Notes: a model not told the origin generated them from the sequence alone. Shown: positions 19,313-30,202, counted from the first letter of the stretch. The stretch: DNA of 64,000 nt from Nitrospirales bacterium (GCA_965223295.1 CBDCWC010000003.1:1408001-1472000), one strand, 5' to 3'. Made by a program: numbers and translations.

Positions 19313-19822
19313 TTAAGCCGGGACAAACTTCAGGGCTGCTGAATTAATGCAATACCGTAATCCGGTTGGCTGCGGGCCGTCATCGAAAACGTGTCCTTGG
19401 TGTCCGTTGCATCGTGCGCAATGCACTTCCGTCCGCGGGTACAGCAGCTTCCAGTCCGTTCGAGTCTCGATGACGTTTTCTGATATCGGTTGCCAAAAGC
19501 TTGGCCACCCTGTCCCGCTGTCAAATTTTGTCTCAGATGAAAAGAGCGCGAGAGCGCACCCTGCGCATTCGTAGGTGCCTTTGGCTTTATTATCGTTATA
19601 TTCATTTGTGAAGGGCCGTTCTGTCCCTTCGTGCCGCAAAACTTGATATTGTTCAGGTGTAAGGACAGCTTTCCATTCTTCATCTGTTTTTGTGATTTTT
19701 TGAATGGCTGTTTTTTCAGGAACGGGATTGCTGGCGGCTAACGAGACGCCCAGCGACTTCGCAAGAATTCCCAGGCCTAAGGCGGCACCGACTTTCATAA
19801 GATCCCTCCTCTTTAATGGCAT
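19313..19822 (-). CDS. msrB: Peptide-methionine (R)-S-oxide reductase with Tat signal
   Basis: LKRRDLMK twin-arginine; GTERPF, CAGC/CARC Zn ligands, GTGWPSF, RYCINS. Confidence 0.95.
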   Translation of the reverse strand: MPLKRRDLMKVGAALGLGILAKSLGVSLAASNPVPEKTAIQKITKTDEEWKAVLTPEQYQVLRHEGTERPFTNEYNDNKAKGTYECAGCALALFSSETKFDSGTGWPSFWQPISENVIETRTDWKLLYPRTEVHCARCNGHQGHVFDDGPQPTGLRYCINSAALKFVPA

Positions 19823-19950
19823 GTTTGACCTCCTTTGAGTATCTAGCTGACGAAGATAGTCATAAAATAGTCATTTTGCCTTATTGTTATCTGACCTACA
19901 TCAATAGTCTACCAAAAGACAGAATTGTTACGGAAATCTGGCAGAATCCT

Positions 19951-19979
19951 TTGACGGAACTCTGATTACTTTTTACAAT
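19951..19979 (+). promoter_or_regulatory. Putative sigma70 promoter of the HPF-like gene
   Basis: TTGACG-17 nt-TACAAT. Confidence 0.55.
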
Positions 19980-20097
19980 GTGAGTGTTCTCAATCATCTC
20001 AAAAGGAGGAGGGAGTTTGGCCTAAAAATTTGAAAAAGCACAGGAAAAAGCGATGTTCCCGCCTGGTTTAGCCACTTGTTTGATGGAAGGAGTTGTG

Positions 20098-20475
20098 ATG
20101 GAAAAACAACCGCTGGATATTAAAATGGAAAGCCGAAATGTTGGCATGACTCCACGCTGGAAAACAGAAATCGAACGCCGCGTAAGAGCCCTAGAAACTG
20201 GAATCATTCGTCCCACCCATGCCCGTGTCACCCTCACCAAAAATGCTCATCATAAAAAAGGCGCCGATAATGCAGAAGCCCTCGTCGTCATTACTCTGCC
20301 GCGGAAACGCACAGTGACTGCTCGAAAAGAATCCAAAACTTTTGAAGAGGCTATTCGAGCCGCGTTCCAAGCTATCGATCATGAATTAGATAAAATTGAA
20401 GAAAAACGCATAGCCCGTGCAGCCAAAGCTGCCGGTAAAAAAGCCCAAAAAAGAGAGGCGCTATCTGTAGCTTGA
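20098..20475 (+). CDS. HPF/RaiA (S30AE) family ribosome-associated protein
   Basis: S30AE-like pattern (IKMESRNV...ARVTL...AEALV...AIRAAFQAIDHEL); GAAGGAG RBS supports ATG 20098. Confidence 0.7.
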   Translation: MEKQPLDIKMESRNVGMTPRWKTEIERRVRALETGIIRPTHARVTLTKNAHHKKGADNAEALVVITLPRKRTVTARKESKTFEEAIRAAFQAIDHELDKIEEKRIARAAKAAGKKAQKREALSVA

Positions 20476-20535
20476 TCGGAAAGAAGAAGTAGGAAAGTAA
20501 AACGTTCAAGAGCGTTCGGACGTTCTTAGCAGGAC

Positions 20536-21978
20536 TTACCTTGTTCTTATCGTAGTTTTGGAAATTTGGAGGAGTTCTCGGCCAGCTTGCATGATGGCCT
20601 TTAGCCGTTCAGGGCTAGAGGCTTCTCCGTAGCACCGGACAATAGGTTCGGTGCCGGATGGACGCAGGAGGAACCATCCCCCGTCGGAGAGAAGTAGCTT
20701 GCAGCCGTCTAGTTTATTGACCTGAATGACTTGCAGGCCGGCAAAGCTAGTAGGAGGTTGGTCAATAACCTGTTTCAATTGGTCTTGCATGTCTTGACTG
20801 ATCGTGAGGTCTTCTCGAGAGGAATGCAGCACTCCCACACGTTCGAACAGATCCTTTAGCAATTCTTGAATGGTCTTTCCGGTAAAGGCCACCATTTCAG
20901 CCACTAATGCCCCTGCCAAAATTCCATCCTTTTCGGGGACATGACCTTTAACAGACAATCCGGCGCTCTCTTCTCCGCCGAACACGATTTCACCTTTAGC
21001 CAGCAGTTCGCCAATAAATTTGAATCCGACCGGGGTTTCATGAACGGTTAAGCCATGGTGGGTAGCTACGGCATCAATGAGATGGGAGGTGGCGACTGAC
21101 CGGGCCACGGCGCCGGTCCATTGTCGGCTCTTAATGAGATAGTCAAGAAGGACAGCCAAAACACCATTGGCTTGAATAAAGGTGCCGTCGGCATCTACGA
21201 CTCCAAATCTGTCGCCGTCGCCATCGGTCGCAAGTCCAAGATGAGCCCGTTCCTGACGGACGGTATCTTTTAATTCTTGCAGTGTTTCGTCCGTGGGTTC
21301 TGGTCGGAACCCACCGAAATATGGATCGCGCCAATGATGGAGAATGGCCAGTTTCGCTCCGGCACTTCGAAGAAACTCGTCCAGATAATTTCGTGTAGTG
21401 CCGAAGAGTGGATCGAAAATCACACGGATCCGGCCATTCCGAATACGGTCTCGGTCGACGTGCCGTTCTAAGGCTTTGAGATAATCTGGTTGAGGATCAA
21501 AATACCGCACCATTCCGTCGTTTTGGGCTTTTTCCCAGGGAACCCACTTGAGGTGTTCGCCGTGCAACAATGGCAGGACTCTCAGTTCAATGGCTTTGGT
21601 TGTTTCAGGTAGGGCTGGTCCACCCCAATCGGGAGTAAATTTTATGCCATTCCATTCAGGGGGGTTGTGACTAGCTGAGATATTAATCCCGCCTGCTAAT
21701 TTTCGATTGATCACATGATAGGAGATCGTTGGAGTTGGTGTATCTCGATCACACAAAAGGCAAGGGATACCATGGGCAGCCATGACTTCCGCTACCACTT
21801 TGGCAAACCGTTCCCCTAAAAACCTGGCATCATAGCCAATGATCATGCCCTGCTGTCCAACTTTTTGCTGGCGCAGGTATTGTGCGATGCCTTGGCAGAC
21901 GATCCGTACATTCTGGACAGTAAAGTCCTCTGCGACAATGGCACGCCATCCAGAAGTTCCAAATTTAATTGAGTCCAT
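20536..21978 (-). CDS. Phosphoglucomutase/phosphomannomutase family protein
   Basis: IKFGTSGWR, SASHNP (phospho-Ser), DGDGDR, GEESAG, RPSGTEP. Confidence 0.92.
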   Translation of the reverse strand: MDSIKFGTSGWRAIVAEDFTVQNVRIVCQGIAQYLRQQKVGQQGMIIGYDARFLGERFAKVVAEVMAAHGIPCLLCDRDTPTPTISYHVINRKLAGGINISASHNPPEWNGIKFTPDWGGPALPETTKAIELRVLPLLHGEHLKWVPWEKAQNDGMVRYFDPQPDYLKALERHVDRDRIRNGRIRVIFDPLFGTTRNYLDEFLRSAGAKLAILHHWRDPYFGGFRPEPTDETLQELKDTVRQERAHLGLATDGDGDRFGVVDADGTFIQANGVLAVLLDYLIKSRQWTGAVARSVATSHLIDAVATHHGLTVHETPVGFKFIGELLAKGEIVFGGEESAGLSVKGHVPEKDGILAGALVAEMVAFTGKTIQELLKDLFERVGVLHSSREDLTISQDMQDQLKQVIDQPPTSFAGLQVIQVNKLDGCKLLLSDGGWFLLRPSGTEPIVRCYGEASSPERLKAIMQAGRELLQISKTTIRTR

Positions 21979-22193
21979 TTAAAGGCTCGGAAGTTATATT
22001 TTGAGCGGGGCCGACGACAAATGAGTGGGCAAAAGATTTCTTTAAGAATAAATTATTTTTTCCCTTCTCGCTAGTCCCTAAAGCAGAAAGTCAGCACTTC
22101 TTTTTACTAATCTCTATTTCTATCGAATACTATAAAGCTTAGATAGAGGACCTGGTTGGGCGATCAAACTTTGGGAGGGCTGAATCAATTAGC

Positions 22194-22223
22194 AAGGCCT
22201 CATTCATTGCTGAATGAGGCCTT
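22194..22223. terminator. Hairpin downstream of the PEP-CTERM gene
   Basis: AAGGCCTCATTCA-TTGC-TGAATGAGGCCTT, 13-bp perfect stem. Confidence 0.65.
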
Positions 22224-22253
22224 AGAAGAGAACAATGAATCTTAATATATCTG

Positions 22254-22919
22254 TTACACCCTCTTTTTTCTGAAAAACGGAAGGGTGAGAAGACCTGACC
22301 CTAAAAGAATCATGGTGGATGGTTCCGGTGTGGAAGTGTATTGATAGTCAGTTCCGACTAAATCAATCCCTAAGGGAGTTCCATCCACATCATACTTTGT
22401 TTGTCCTGCGAAAACATCCCAGTTATTGCCCCAAAGGGTGAAGCCGGAATCAGTTAAATTGTTAGGGCCGCCATTGGGGGCACCACCGCAACACATTTGC
22501 GCGGCTAAGAAATGGAACGTTCCAGTTTCCTGCAGATCACCCGTCAAAATGTAATCGAACGATCCAGAAGCATGACCTTCTGAATTCGCCGTCAAAGACC
22601 CACCAATAATTTCCATGGAGCCCATCATGCTACCACCAGTTCCGGCGGTGAGAGTTCCGTGGAGATTCGTGAGACCAAAGGTTGTGGCATCCTGGTCAGC
22701 ATATAAGGTTCCGGTGAGGGGCCAATAGAGTTTTGCCCCACTCATACACAAGTCGTTCTTATTGCAATTGGTCGCAGCATGAATACCACTGTACCCAAAA
22801 CCTCCACTGGTTCCTGTTTGAATGTCAATGGAAATTGGGTTTGCCCAAACCGATTGAACCCCTGCGACCAAGAAGACAATCCCAAGTAAGAATCCGAGTC
22901 GAGAGTACTGTTTAATCAT
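22254..22919 (-). CDS. PEP-CTERM sorting-domain surface protein
   Basis: Signal peptide; C-terminal TPEPSTMILLGSGLLTLPFFRKKRV. Confidence 0.9.
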   Translation of the reverse strand: MIKQYSRLGFLLGIVFLVAGVQSVWANPISIDIQTGTSGGFGYSGIHAATNCNKNDLCMSGAKLYWPLTGTLYADQDATTFGLTNLHGTLTAGTGGSMMGSMEIIGGSLTANSEGHASGSFDYILTGDLQETGTFHFLAAQMCCGGAPNGGPNNLTDSGFTLWGNNWDVFAGQTKYDVDGTPLGIDLVGTDYQYTSTPEPSTMILLGSGLLTLPFFRKKRV

Positions 22920-22982
22920 GGTTTACTCCTCTGTGTGATCAATCAATAAAAATGTGTTTATGAATAGTTCTTTGCCACTCAT

Positions 22983-23012
22983 ATCAATTCTTGTGCCACT
23001 CAGAATTGTAAA
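22983..23012 (-). promoter_or_regulatory. Putative sigma54 promoter of the PEP-CTERM gene
   Basis: Minus strand TTTACAATTCTGAG-TGGC-ACAAGAA-TTGAT, near-consensus -24/-12 site. Confidence 0.55.
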
Positions 23013-23450
23013 AAAGGTGTTGGGAAATTTTCCGATGTTAGTAGGAATTCTTGTATGTTGGTAACTGGTCGGTGTTAGGCAATCGGGATACAGGTTGAAA
23101 CTCTGTTCTTGCTTGTTAATTTGACTGACGGAAAAACCTGAAGAAAGTCTAGTTAATAGAAGCAACTACTGACGTTGCTCATGGAAGTGCATAGACCGTG
23201 ATGAATGGAAATGTCGATTTTTCTTCTTCTGAGTGAAGAGAATTGCCATTGGTAGATTTAGAACGAAATGTATCCTGGCCTAAACTGCCCAAAGGAGAAT
23301 TTCATGAAAGAAGCTAAAAGCGTTCCAGTCGACAGAAAGTAGTATCTTCAAATAGTACGGGAGATGAAACAGGCAGAGGTAGGAGAAATTTGCTGAAAAT
23401 CTCAGGAGAAGGAGAGAAGGAACTAGAGAACTGATATGGTGGGGGATGAC

Positions 23451-24221
23451 TTATGCTTGGATTTCACACCAGACGGGAGTGTGGTCCGAGGGTTTATCCA
23501 TGGCGCGTGGGGTGCGGTCAACATTGGCAGTGACGAGAAGATCCGTTGCTTGGGGGGAGAGCATCAAATGGTCAATACGTAGGCCTTCGTCACGATTCCA
23601 TCGGCCAGCTTGATAGTCCCAATAGGTATAGAGTCCCAGTTCTGAATGAAACGCACGAAGGGCATCGGTATACCCTAAATGGCAGAGTTTTCGAAAGCGG
23701 GCGCGGGATTCTGGCTGGCAAAGGGCATCGTCCGCAAACCCAGTAGGGTCGTAAACATCGTCATTTGTGGGGCATACATTATAGTCACCTGCTAGAACCA
23801 CTGGTTCTTCCAGTGACAAAAGGGACCGGGCATGAATGATTAAGCGGTCCATCCATTTGAGCTTGTAAGAAAATTTTTCAGTGCCAATGGGATTTCCGTT
23901 AGGTAAATAGATTGACGCGACTCGGATGTTGCCTATCAGCGCTTCGATGTAACGGGCTTGTTCGTCAGAAGGATCGCCAGGGAGTTCTGTTTGTTCCACC
24001 TCAATAGGATTTTTCGAAAGGATCGCGACTCCGTTATAGGTTTTTTGTCCGGTGATAGCCATATTGTATCCCAGCTCGTCGATAGCCATTTTGGGAAATT
24101 GGTCCTCAGTCGTCTTGAGTTCCTGCAAGAGGATCACATCTGGATTGGCTTGAGCTACCCACTCGATCAGGTGAGGAATTCTGACTTTAATAGAATTCAC
24201 GTTCCAAGTCGCAATTTTCAT
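23451..24221 (-). CDS. xth: Exodeoxyribonuclease III
   Basis: MKIATWNVNS, LQELK, GQKTYNGVA, GDYN, RIDH, SDHTP. Confidence 0.93.
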   Translation of the reverse strand: MKIATWNVNSIKVRIPHLIEWVAQANPDVILLQELKTTEDQFPKMAIDELGYNMAITGQKTYNGVAILSKNPIEVEQTELPGDPSDEQARYIEALIGNIRVASIYLPNGNPIGTEKFSYKLKWMDRLIIHARSLLSLEEPVVLAGDYNVCPTNDDVYDPTGFADDALCQPESRARFRKLCHLGYTDALRAFHSELGLYTYWDYQAGRWNRDEGLRIDHLMLSPQATDLLVTANVDRTPRAMDKPSDHTPVWCEIQA

Positions 24222-24250
24222 TGAGCGTCTCAATAAGTATTTACAAAACG

Positions 24251-24544
24251 TTACGACGATGCGGAGGAATGTGATGAAGAATCTGTGTCGCGTTGAAAGA
24301 GGACTTGGAACCCTTGAAATTGTTTTTGAAATAGAGTTTTCAATATGAATGGCGTAATACCAAAAAATAAAACACTATAAATACAAATTTCTAAAATATA
24401 CTGAGACTCTTCAGAGACCGTACTATTGAAAATGACGGGAACTGTCCACCCAATAGTCATGCTCACAAACATGAGAATGACCACGTGCCGCCAAACGAGA
24501 AACCACATGAGTTTTAATAGTTCCCCATAAGTTGGTGTCTCCAT
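24251..24544 (-). CDS. Small hypothetical membrane protein
   Basis: AAGGA RBS, two TM segments, sits between polA and xth. Confidence 0.6.
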   Translation of the reverse strand: METPTYGELLKLMWFLVWRHVVILMFVSMTIGWTVPVIFNSTVSEESQYILEICIYSVLFFGITPFILKTLFQKQFQGFQVLFQRDTDSSSHSSASS

Positions 24545-24577
24545 GATTCCTTAGCTTCCTTTCTTTCCCAAAATTCT

Positions 24578-27502
24578 TTAGTGCGCCTCATCCCATGTGA
24601 GGCCTTGGCCGACATCGACTGTGAGGGGAATTGAGAGTTGGAGGGTAGGAAGTGTGGCCGACTCCATGACCTGTTTCACCACCTGGGCGGTTTGCTTCAG
24701 AGCGGACTCTTCTACTTCAAATATCAATTCATCATGGACGGTCAATAACATACATGCTTTGTCGGTTAAGCCATGTTGTTCCAAAGCTGCAGGCACACGA
24801 ATCATGGCCCGTTTTAAAATGTCGGCCGCTGTTCCCTGGAGTGGAGCATTAATGGCAGCCCGTTCGGAGAAATTTCGTCGAGCGGGGTTCTTATCGTGGA
24901 TGGCGGGAACATGGCAGCGTCGGCCAAACAGCGTTTGAACATAACCATGCTCGCGACAAAATTGTTTGGTGCGTTCCATGTAATCTTGAATACCGGGGTA
25001 TCGCGCAAAGTAAGATTTGATATAGGTAGCTGCTTCAGACTGTTCCACGCCCAATTGCCTAGCCAGGCCGAAGGCACTAATGCCATAGATGATGCCAAAG
25101 TTAATAGCTTTTGCCATTCGCCGGGTTCCTGAATCAATCTTTTCTAGTGGAATGTCGAAGACTTGACTGGCTGTGAGTGCGTGAATATCTTGTCTTTCGC
25201 GAAAGGCTTGCTTTAAGACCGTAATGTCCGCCACATGAGCCAAGAGCCGCAATTCGATCTGGGAGTAATCCAATGACAAGAGGTGCCAGCCCGGTTCTGC
25301 CACAAACGCTCGACGAATCTTCCGGCCTTCTTCTGTGCGGATGGGAATGTTTTGAAGATTGGGATCGGTAGACGACAGACGCCCAGTTGCGGCCGAGGCC
25401 ATGGCATAGGATGTATGGACACGATCAGTCTGAGGATTGATCTGCTGAATCAGAGCTTCTGCATAGGTGCTACGGAGCTTATCTAAATGGCGCCATTCCA
25501 AAATGCGAGTCGGCAATTCATGGCCTTGAGCAGCCAGTGTGTCTAACACATCGGCCCCGGTTCCATAACTCCCTCCTTTGCCTTTTTTTCCGCCTTCAAA
25601 GCCTAAATGGTCAAACAGAACTTCTCCCAGTTGTTTAGGGGACCCCACGTTGAATGATTTTCCAGCCAAACGATGAATATTTTGTTCCAGTTCTTGCAGC
25701 CGTCGAGAAAATTCTTGGGATACTTGTTTGAGTTGAGCCACGTCGACCTTGATTCCCTTGTGTTCCATAGCAGCCAACACCGGAATTAAGGGGCGCTCCA
25801 GTGTTTCATAGACCGTGGTCATCTGCTCTTCGACCAGACGAGGTTTCAAATGTTGGTGTAGGCGAAAAGTTACTTCAGCATCTTCGGCTGCATAGTTCAG
25901 AGCCGTGTCCAAGGGTACTTGGTCGAATGTGACTTGTGATTTTCCTGTCCCCGCGACCTCTTTATAGGTAATCGTAGTATGTCCAAGGTATCGTTGAGCG
26001 AGTTCATCCATGCCATGGCCATGTAGGCCCCCTTCTAATACATAAGATAACAACATGGAATCATCTACAGGATTGATGGCGATTTCATATCGTTTCAAGA
26101 CCACTATGTCGTATTTGATGTTCTGGCCAATTTTTAAGACGCTCGGATCAGCGAGCAATGGGCGTAATCGATCAAGAGCGAGGTGTAGAGGGATTTGTTG
26201 TGGTCTTTCCGATTCCGCGTTCGCAGAAGTTAATAGATCTATAGAAGCTGTGGTCCCAGGCTTCCCATGCGCCAGGGGGATATAACAGGCCTTTCCGGGT
26301 CCGAGACTGAGGGAAATTCCGACCAATTCGGCTTGGGTTTGATCCAATGAAGTGGTTTCAGTATCCACAGCCACCAGACCTTGCTGGTAGGCGTTATCAA
26401 TCCAACGTTCTAAGGCTTGCATGTTTTGGACAAGTTCATATTCCGGCTCGGAGGGAACAGAAGGACGAGGCGAGTCAGCTTCTTGTCGGGAATCAGGTGG
26501 GCTAACCGTGGGAGGAGAGGATAGCGGAACAGAAGAATCAGCTTTCGAATTTCGACTATGAATACGAGCCAGAATGGACTTGAACCCGTGTTCCGCTAGG
26601 AACCTTTCCAAGTCTTCACGGATGGGTTCACGGCGCTCCAGCTCTGCTAGAGAAATGTGTGTCGGAACATTGTCTTGCAATCGAACAAGCTCACGAGAAA
26701 GTCGGGCGTTGTCCGCATGTTCGATCAGGTTCTCGCGCCGCTTTTTTTGCTTAATCTCTCCTGCCCGCGTGAGCAAGGAATCTAAGTCGCCGTATTCTTG
26801 AATGAGTTGCGCGGCAGTTTTGATGCCGATTCCAGGGACGCCCGTGATATTGTCGGTAGAATCTCCGGCTAGTGATTGAACGTCCACAACTTTTTCAGGT
26901 GGAACACCGAATTTTTCTTGAACCTGTTCTGGCCCAATCTTTCGATTTTTGATGGAATCATACATATTGACTTGATCTGACACGAGCTGCATGAGGTCTT
27001 TATCCGATGACACAATGGTGACAGTGGCACCAATCTCCGAAGCTTGTTTGGCGTAGGTGGCAATGAGATCATCAGCTTCAAACCCTGGCAACTCAATACA
27101 GTCCAAATTGAAGGCGCGGGTGGCCTCTCGTACCAATTCAAATTGCGGCACTAATTCTTCAGGAGGTTCTGAACGGTTGGCTTTATATGATGGGTCGATA
27201 TCGTTGCGAAAGGTTTTTCGGGCAGAGTCGAAGATCACGGCAATATGATCCGGCTTCATGTCGTCCAGCAATTTCATGAGCATGGTAATGAATCCATAGA
27301 CCGCATTGACAGGCGTGCCGGCAGGATTGTTCATGATGCGAATGGCGTGAAATGCCCGAAAAATAAAACCCGAAGCATCCACCAATACTACATGTTTGAT
27401 GGGAAGAGGAACGGTCTCTTGAAGTTGATTAGTCATGATTGGTCTTGAGGTACGAGGAGGAAGAAGATACCTCATGGATTGGCTGCTGTCGATATCCTCC
27501 AT
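24578..27502 (-). CDS. polA: DNA polymerase I
   Basis: 5'-3' exonuclease (LVDASGFIFRA, EADD), 3'-5' exonuclease (DTET), polymerase motifs DYSQIELR, KAINFGIIYG, VHDEL; true start may be a later ATG. Confidence 0.97.
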   Translation of the reverse strand: MEDIDSSQSMRYLLPPRTSRPIMTNQLQETVPLPIKHVVLVDASGFIFRAFHAIRIMNNPAGTPVNAVYGFITMLMKLLDDMKPDHIAVIFDSARKTFRNDIDPSYKANRSEPPEELVPQFELVREATRAFNLDCIELPGFEADDLIATYAKQASEIGATVTIVSSDKDLMQLVSDQVNMYDSIKNRKIGPEQVQEKFGVPPEKVVDVQSLAGDSTDNITGVPGIGIKTAAQLIQEYGDLDSLLTRAGEIKQKKRRENLIEHADNARLSRELVRLQDNVPTHISLAELERREPIREDLERFLAEHGFKSILARIHSRNSKADSSVPLSSPPTVSPPDSRQEADSPRPSVPSEPEYELVQNMQALERWIDNAYQQGLVAVDTETTSLDQTQAELVGISLSLGPGKACYIPLAHGKPGTTASIDLLTSANAESERPQQIPLHLALDRLRPLLADPSVLKIGQNIKYDIVVLKRYEIAINPVDDSMLLSYVLEGGLHGHGMDELAQRYLGHTTITYKEVAGTGKSQVTFDQVPLDTALNYAAEDAEVTFRLHQHLKPRLVEEQMTTVYETLERPLIPVLAAMEHKGIKVDVAQLKQVSQEFSRRLQELEQNIHRLAGKSFNVGSPKQLGEVLFDHLGFEGGKKGKGGSYGTGADVLDTLAAQGHELPTRILEWRHLDKLRSTYAEALIQQINPQTDRVHTSYAMASAATGRLSSTDPNLQNIPIRTEEGRKIRRAFVAEPGWHLLSLDYSQIELRLLAHVADITVLKQAFRERQDIHALTASQVFDIPLEKIDSGTRRMAKAINFGIIYGISAFGLARQLGVEQSEAATYIKSYFARYPGIQDYMERTKQFCREHGYVQTLFGRRCHVPAIHDKNPARRNFSERAAINAPLQGTAADILKRAMIRVPAALEQHGLTDKACMLLTVHDELIFEVEESALKQTAQVVKQVMESATLPTLQLSIPLTVDVGQGLTWDEAH

Positions 27503-27573
27503 ACAAATATTGGAAAAGATTTCTCTGTGCGAGACAAGATCAGAAATATCGGCCGTGTGCCTCAGGTCTTTCT

Positions 27574-27764
27574 GGGTCTGTTGAAAAAAGCCGCCAGCAG
27601 CGTTCTCACCATTTTCCCGTGCTCACATACTGCCAGTATGCTCCGCGCGCAAAAATAGCTGCGGCCTTGCTAAACGGGCGTTTTTGAACAGACCCAAGGC
27701 CTCTGTCATGTCACGTCGCAGAGACGAAATTTGGCCGTTGATATCATCACTATTCAACAGTCCC
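27574..27764. mobile_element. MITE family A copy 2 (191 bp)
   Basis: GGGTCTGTTGAAAAAA...TTTTTGAACAGACCC...TATTCAACAGTCCC; TTTCT duplicated on both flanks. Confidence 0.88.
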
Positions 27765-27840
27765 TTTCTCTTCATCCTAAGGGTGTGAGACATGCTAAGA
27801 TACTGTATCCCCTCGTTTGCCATGGAAGGAACCTCTCGCT

Positions 27841-29700
27841 ATGAGGAAATTCATGATCGCACTTGCCATTGTCTTTGCACTTCTTATTGTCGTGGTTCTT
27901 CTGCTGCCTTTTTTACTGGACCTCAATCGATATCGTGATCAGTATCTGCCGGTGGTTGAAGAAGCGCTTGATCGCAAGGTTGAGGTAGAAGATATCCGGC
28001 TGACACTCTTCCCAACGTTAGGGGTACAATTGCGGAATGTGGTGATTGCGGATGATCCTGCCTTCAGTCCAAAGCCGTTTATGACTGTGCCATCTGTGCA
28101 GGTGGCTGTTCAATGGAGACCTCTTTTAGAGCAACGGGTTCAGGTGGAGAGTGTTTTCATTGAAGATCCGATTGTGCGGGTCATTCGATCAAAGACGGGA
28201 GAACTCAATGCCTCGACGATGGGGAAAGTGTCTCCTCCTGACACCACTCCAGATGATACAGGAGAACCGGCAGACTCAGTTTCTCCCCTTTTAGGCGTTT
28301 TTGCGGTGGAGCAGTTTTCGATGACTGGAGGAACTCTCGACTTTGAAGACCGCATGCCTCAGCCTTCGCAGACGTATCAGATTCAAAGTTTGGCATTAGA
28401 TACACAATCCGTGGCTATTGGAAAAACGGCCCAGATTGAGTTGAATGGTACGGTGATGCCCTACAACATGCCTGTTGCTGTCAATGGACGGGTCGGACCC
28501 ATTCAAGCCAATTTAGATATTCCAACACTCGATATCGATGGACAGGTGGGTAAGGTGGGCGTGGCAGCTCAGGGGAACATGCTCAAGGGAAAATTGACAA
28601 TGGATGTGCAGGTTCCTCAAGCGTCAACTGCCGATGTGCCTCTCGAATTGGGTTTGGAAAAACCTGTTAGCTTATCGCAAGTAGAGGCGCATCTTGTCGC
28701 CCTACTTTTTTCTAAAGATCCCCGGGCCCAGCCATCGGAAATGACTATCAATCCCCTTCGTGCCAATCTTCATCTCGGACAATCTACGGTTCATCTGACT
28801 GGAAAAGGTACACCGTCACACTTTTCGCTTGTCGGTGATTCTCAATCTCTGGCTTCGCAGGATCTCCCTATTTCTCTTCCTGTTGAACAACCATTTTCAT
28901 TGGAGCAGGTTCGATTTGAGGCTGAGTCAAAGGGGACGAAGGTGTATCTTCAAAACTTGAAGGCAAAAGCTTTTGAAGGGGCTCTGTTAGCCAACGGTGT
29001 GATGAATCAAGCCGGTCCGCCTTATACCTTTTCTACTCAGGGGACATTCAAAAACTTTTCAATTGATTCACTGGTTAAGGTCATGCGGACTTCTTCGCTC
29101 AGCATGACAGGAGCTGGGCAGTTGGACTGGAATGTCACCGGGGTCCTGTCACAGTCACAGCCAATACAGATAGAGGGCCCGGCTCAACTTACTCTACGAG
29201 AAGGCGAAGTCATTGGTTTTGATCTGGTGAAAACTATTGAGGAGGCTTTGCAAATATCAGGCATTCTTGGAAAACCCACCGGCGCCACGCAATATTCGTT
29301 GATTGATGCCAAAACCGCATTGGAAGCAGACGGCCTAGTCATCCAGGAGCTTATCGCCAATATGCCGAATATTTCCCTGCGGAGCGTTGGAAAGCTGGGA
29401 TTGGATCAATCCGTGAATTTTCAGGGAACAATTGGTGTTCCATCTGCCATTGCCGAGAAAATTGTTCGTCGGTTCCCTGTAGCCAAAATGGTCCGACAGC
29501 GTGGACAATTGTTGCTGCCATTTGTCATAAGAGGGACGGCTCAGGACCCTGTCTTTCGTGTAGATACCCAATCACTTGGGAAGCAGGTTCAAAGGAAAGT
29601 TGAAGAACGGCTTGAAAAGGTTTTGCACGGAGATGATAAAGAAATAGAGAAACTGATGGACGAGGGAAAGGGGTTACTGAAACAATTCTTTGGGAAATAG
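27841..29700 (+). CDS. AsmA-family protein
   Basis: N-terminal TM, then DLNRYRDQ...ALDRKVEV AsmA N-terminal pattern; beta-rich body; GAAGGA RBS before ATG 27841. Confidence 0.8.
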   Translation: MRKFMIALAIVFALLIVVVLLLPFLLDLNRYRDQYLPVVEEALDRKVEVEDIRLTLFPTLGVQLRNVVIADDPAFSPKPFMTVPSVQVAVQWRPLLEQRVQVESVFIEDPIVRVIRSKTGELNASTMGKVSPPDTTPDDTGEPADSVSPLLGVFAVEQFSMTGGTLDFEDRMPQPSQTYQIQSLALDTQSVAIGKTAQIELNGTVMPYNMPVAVNGRVGPIQANLDIPTLDIDGQVGKVGVAAQGNMLKGKLTMDVQVPQASTADVPLELGLEKPVSLSQVEAHLVALLFSKDPRAQPSEMTINPLRANLHLGQSTVHLTGKGTPSHFSLVGDSQSLASQDLPISLPVEQPFSLEQVRFEAESKGTKVYLQNLKAKAFEGALLANGVMNQAGPPYTFSTQGTFKNFSIDSLVKVMRTSSLSMTGAGQLDWNVTGVLSQSQPIQIEGPAQLTLREGEVIGFDLVKTIEEALQISGILGKPTGATQYSLIDAKTALEADGLVIQELIANMPNISLRSVGKLGLDQSVNFQGTIGVPSAIAEKIVRRFPVAKMVRQRGQLLLPFVIRGTAQDPVFRVDTQSLGKQVQRKVEERLEKVLHGDDKEIEKLMDEGKGLLKQFFGK

Positions 29701-29767
29701 GGAAATATTGGTTGCTGCCAATGGATCTAGGGATTGAGGTCAGCCAGAATAGGTAAGTTTGTCATCA

Positions 29768-30202
29768 CTATTTGGGCACCAGAGTAGGCTTATGACGAAA
29801 TGGAGCCTTGGTACGGCATAGCGTATTAGCCAGAGCGCGTATTTCACCAACATCAAAGGGTTTGCTGAGAATAGCATAGGCTCCCAACTTTTCTGCTTGT
29901 TCTTGAACTTCTGGAGTGAGTAACCCGGTCATCATAATAATTGGGGCCACAGAATGTTGGTGGTTTTGTTGAAGATGTTTGAGAAACTGTACCCCTGTCA
30001 TCACTGGCATCCCATTGTCCAGGATAATGATGTCTATGCTTTGAGATTCCAGTATGGCTAATCCTTCCTTCCCATTTTCTGCTTCCACACAATGAAATCC
30101 TTCATAGCTGAAAATTAGCCGAAGTAAATCCCGGGTGACGACATCGTCTTCAATGATGAGCATGGTTTTTGACATGAGCCTGCTCTCCTGGTTAAAAGCC
30201 AT
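29768..30202 (-). CDS. Single-domain response regulator (receiver)
   Basis: LIIEDD, ILDNGMP, MTG, KPF. Confidence 0.9.
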   Translation of the reverse strand: MAFNQESRLMSKTMLIIEDDVVTRDLLRLIFSYEGFHCVEAENGKEGLAILESQSIDIIILDNGMPVMTGVQFLKHLQQNHQHSVAPIIMMTGLLTPEVQEQAEKLGAYAILSKPFDVGEIRALANTLCRTKAPFRHKPTLVPK

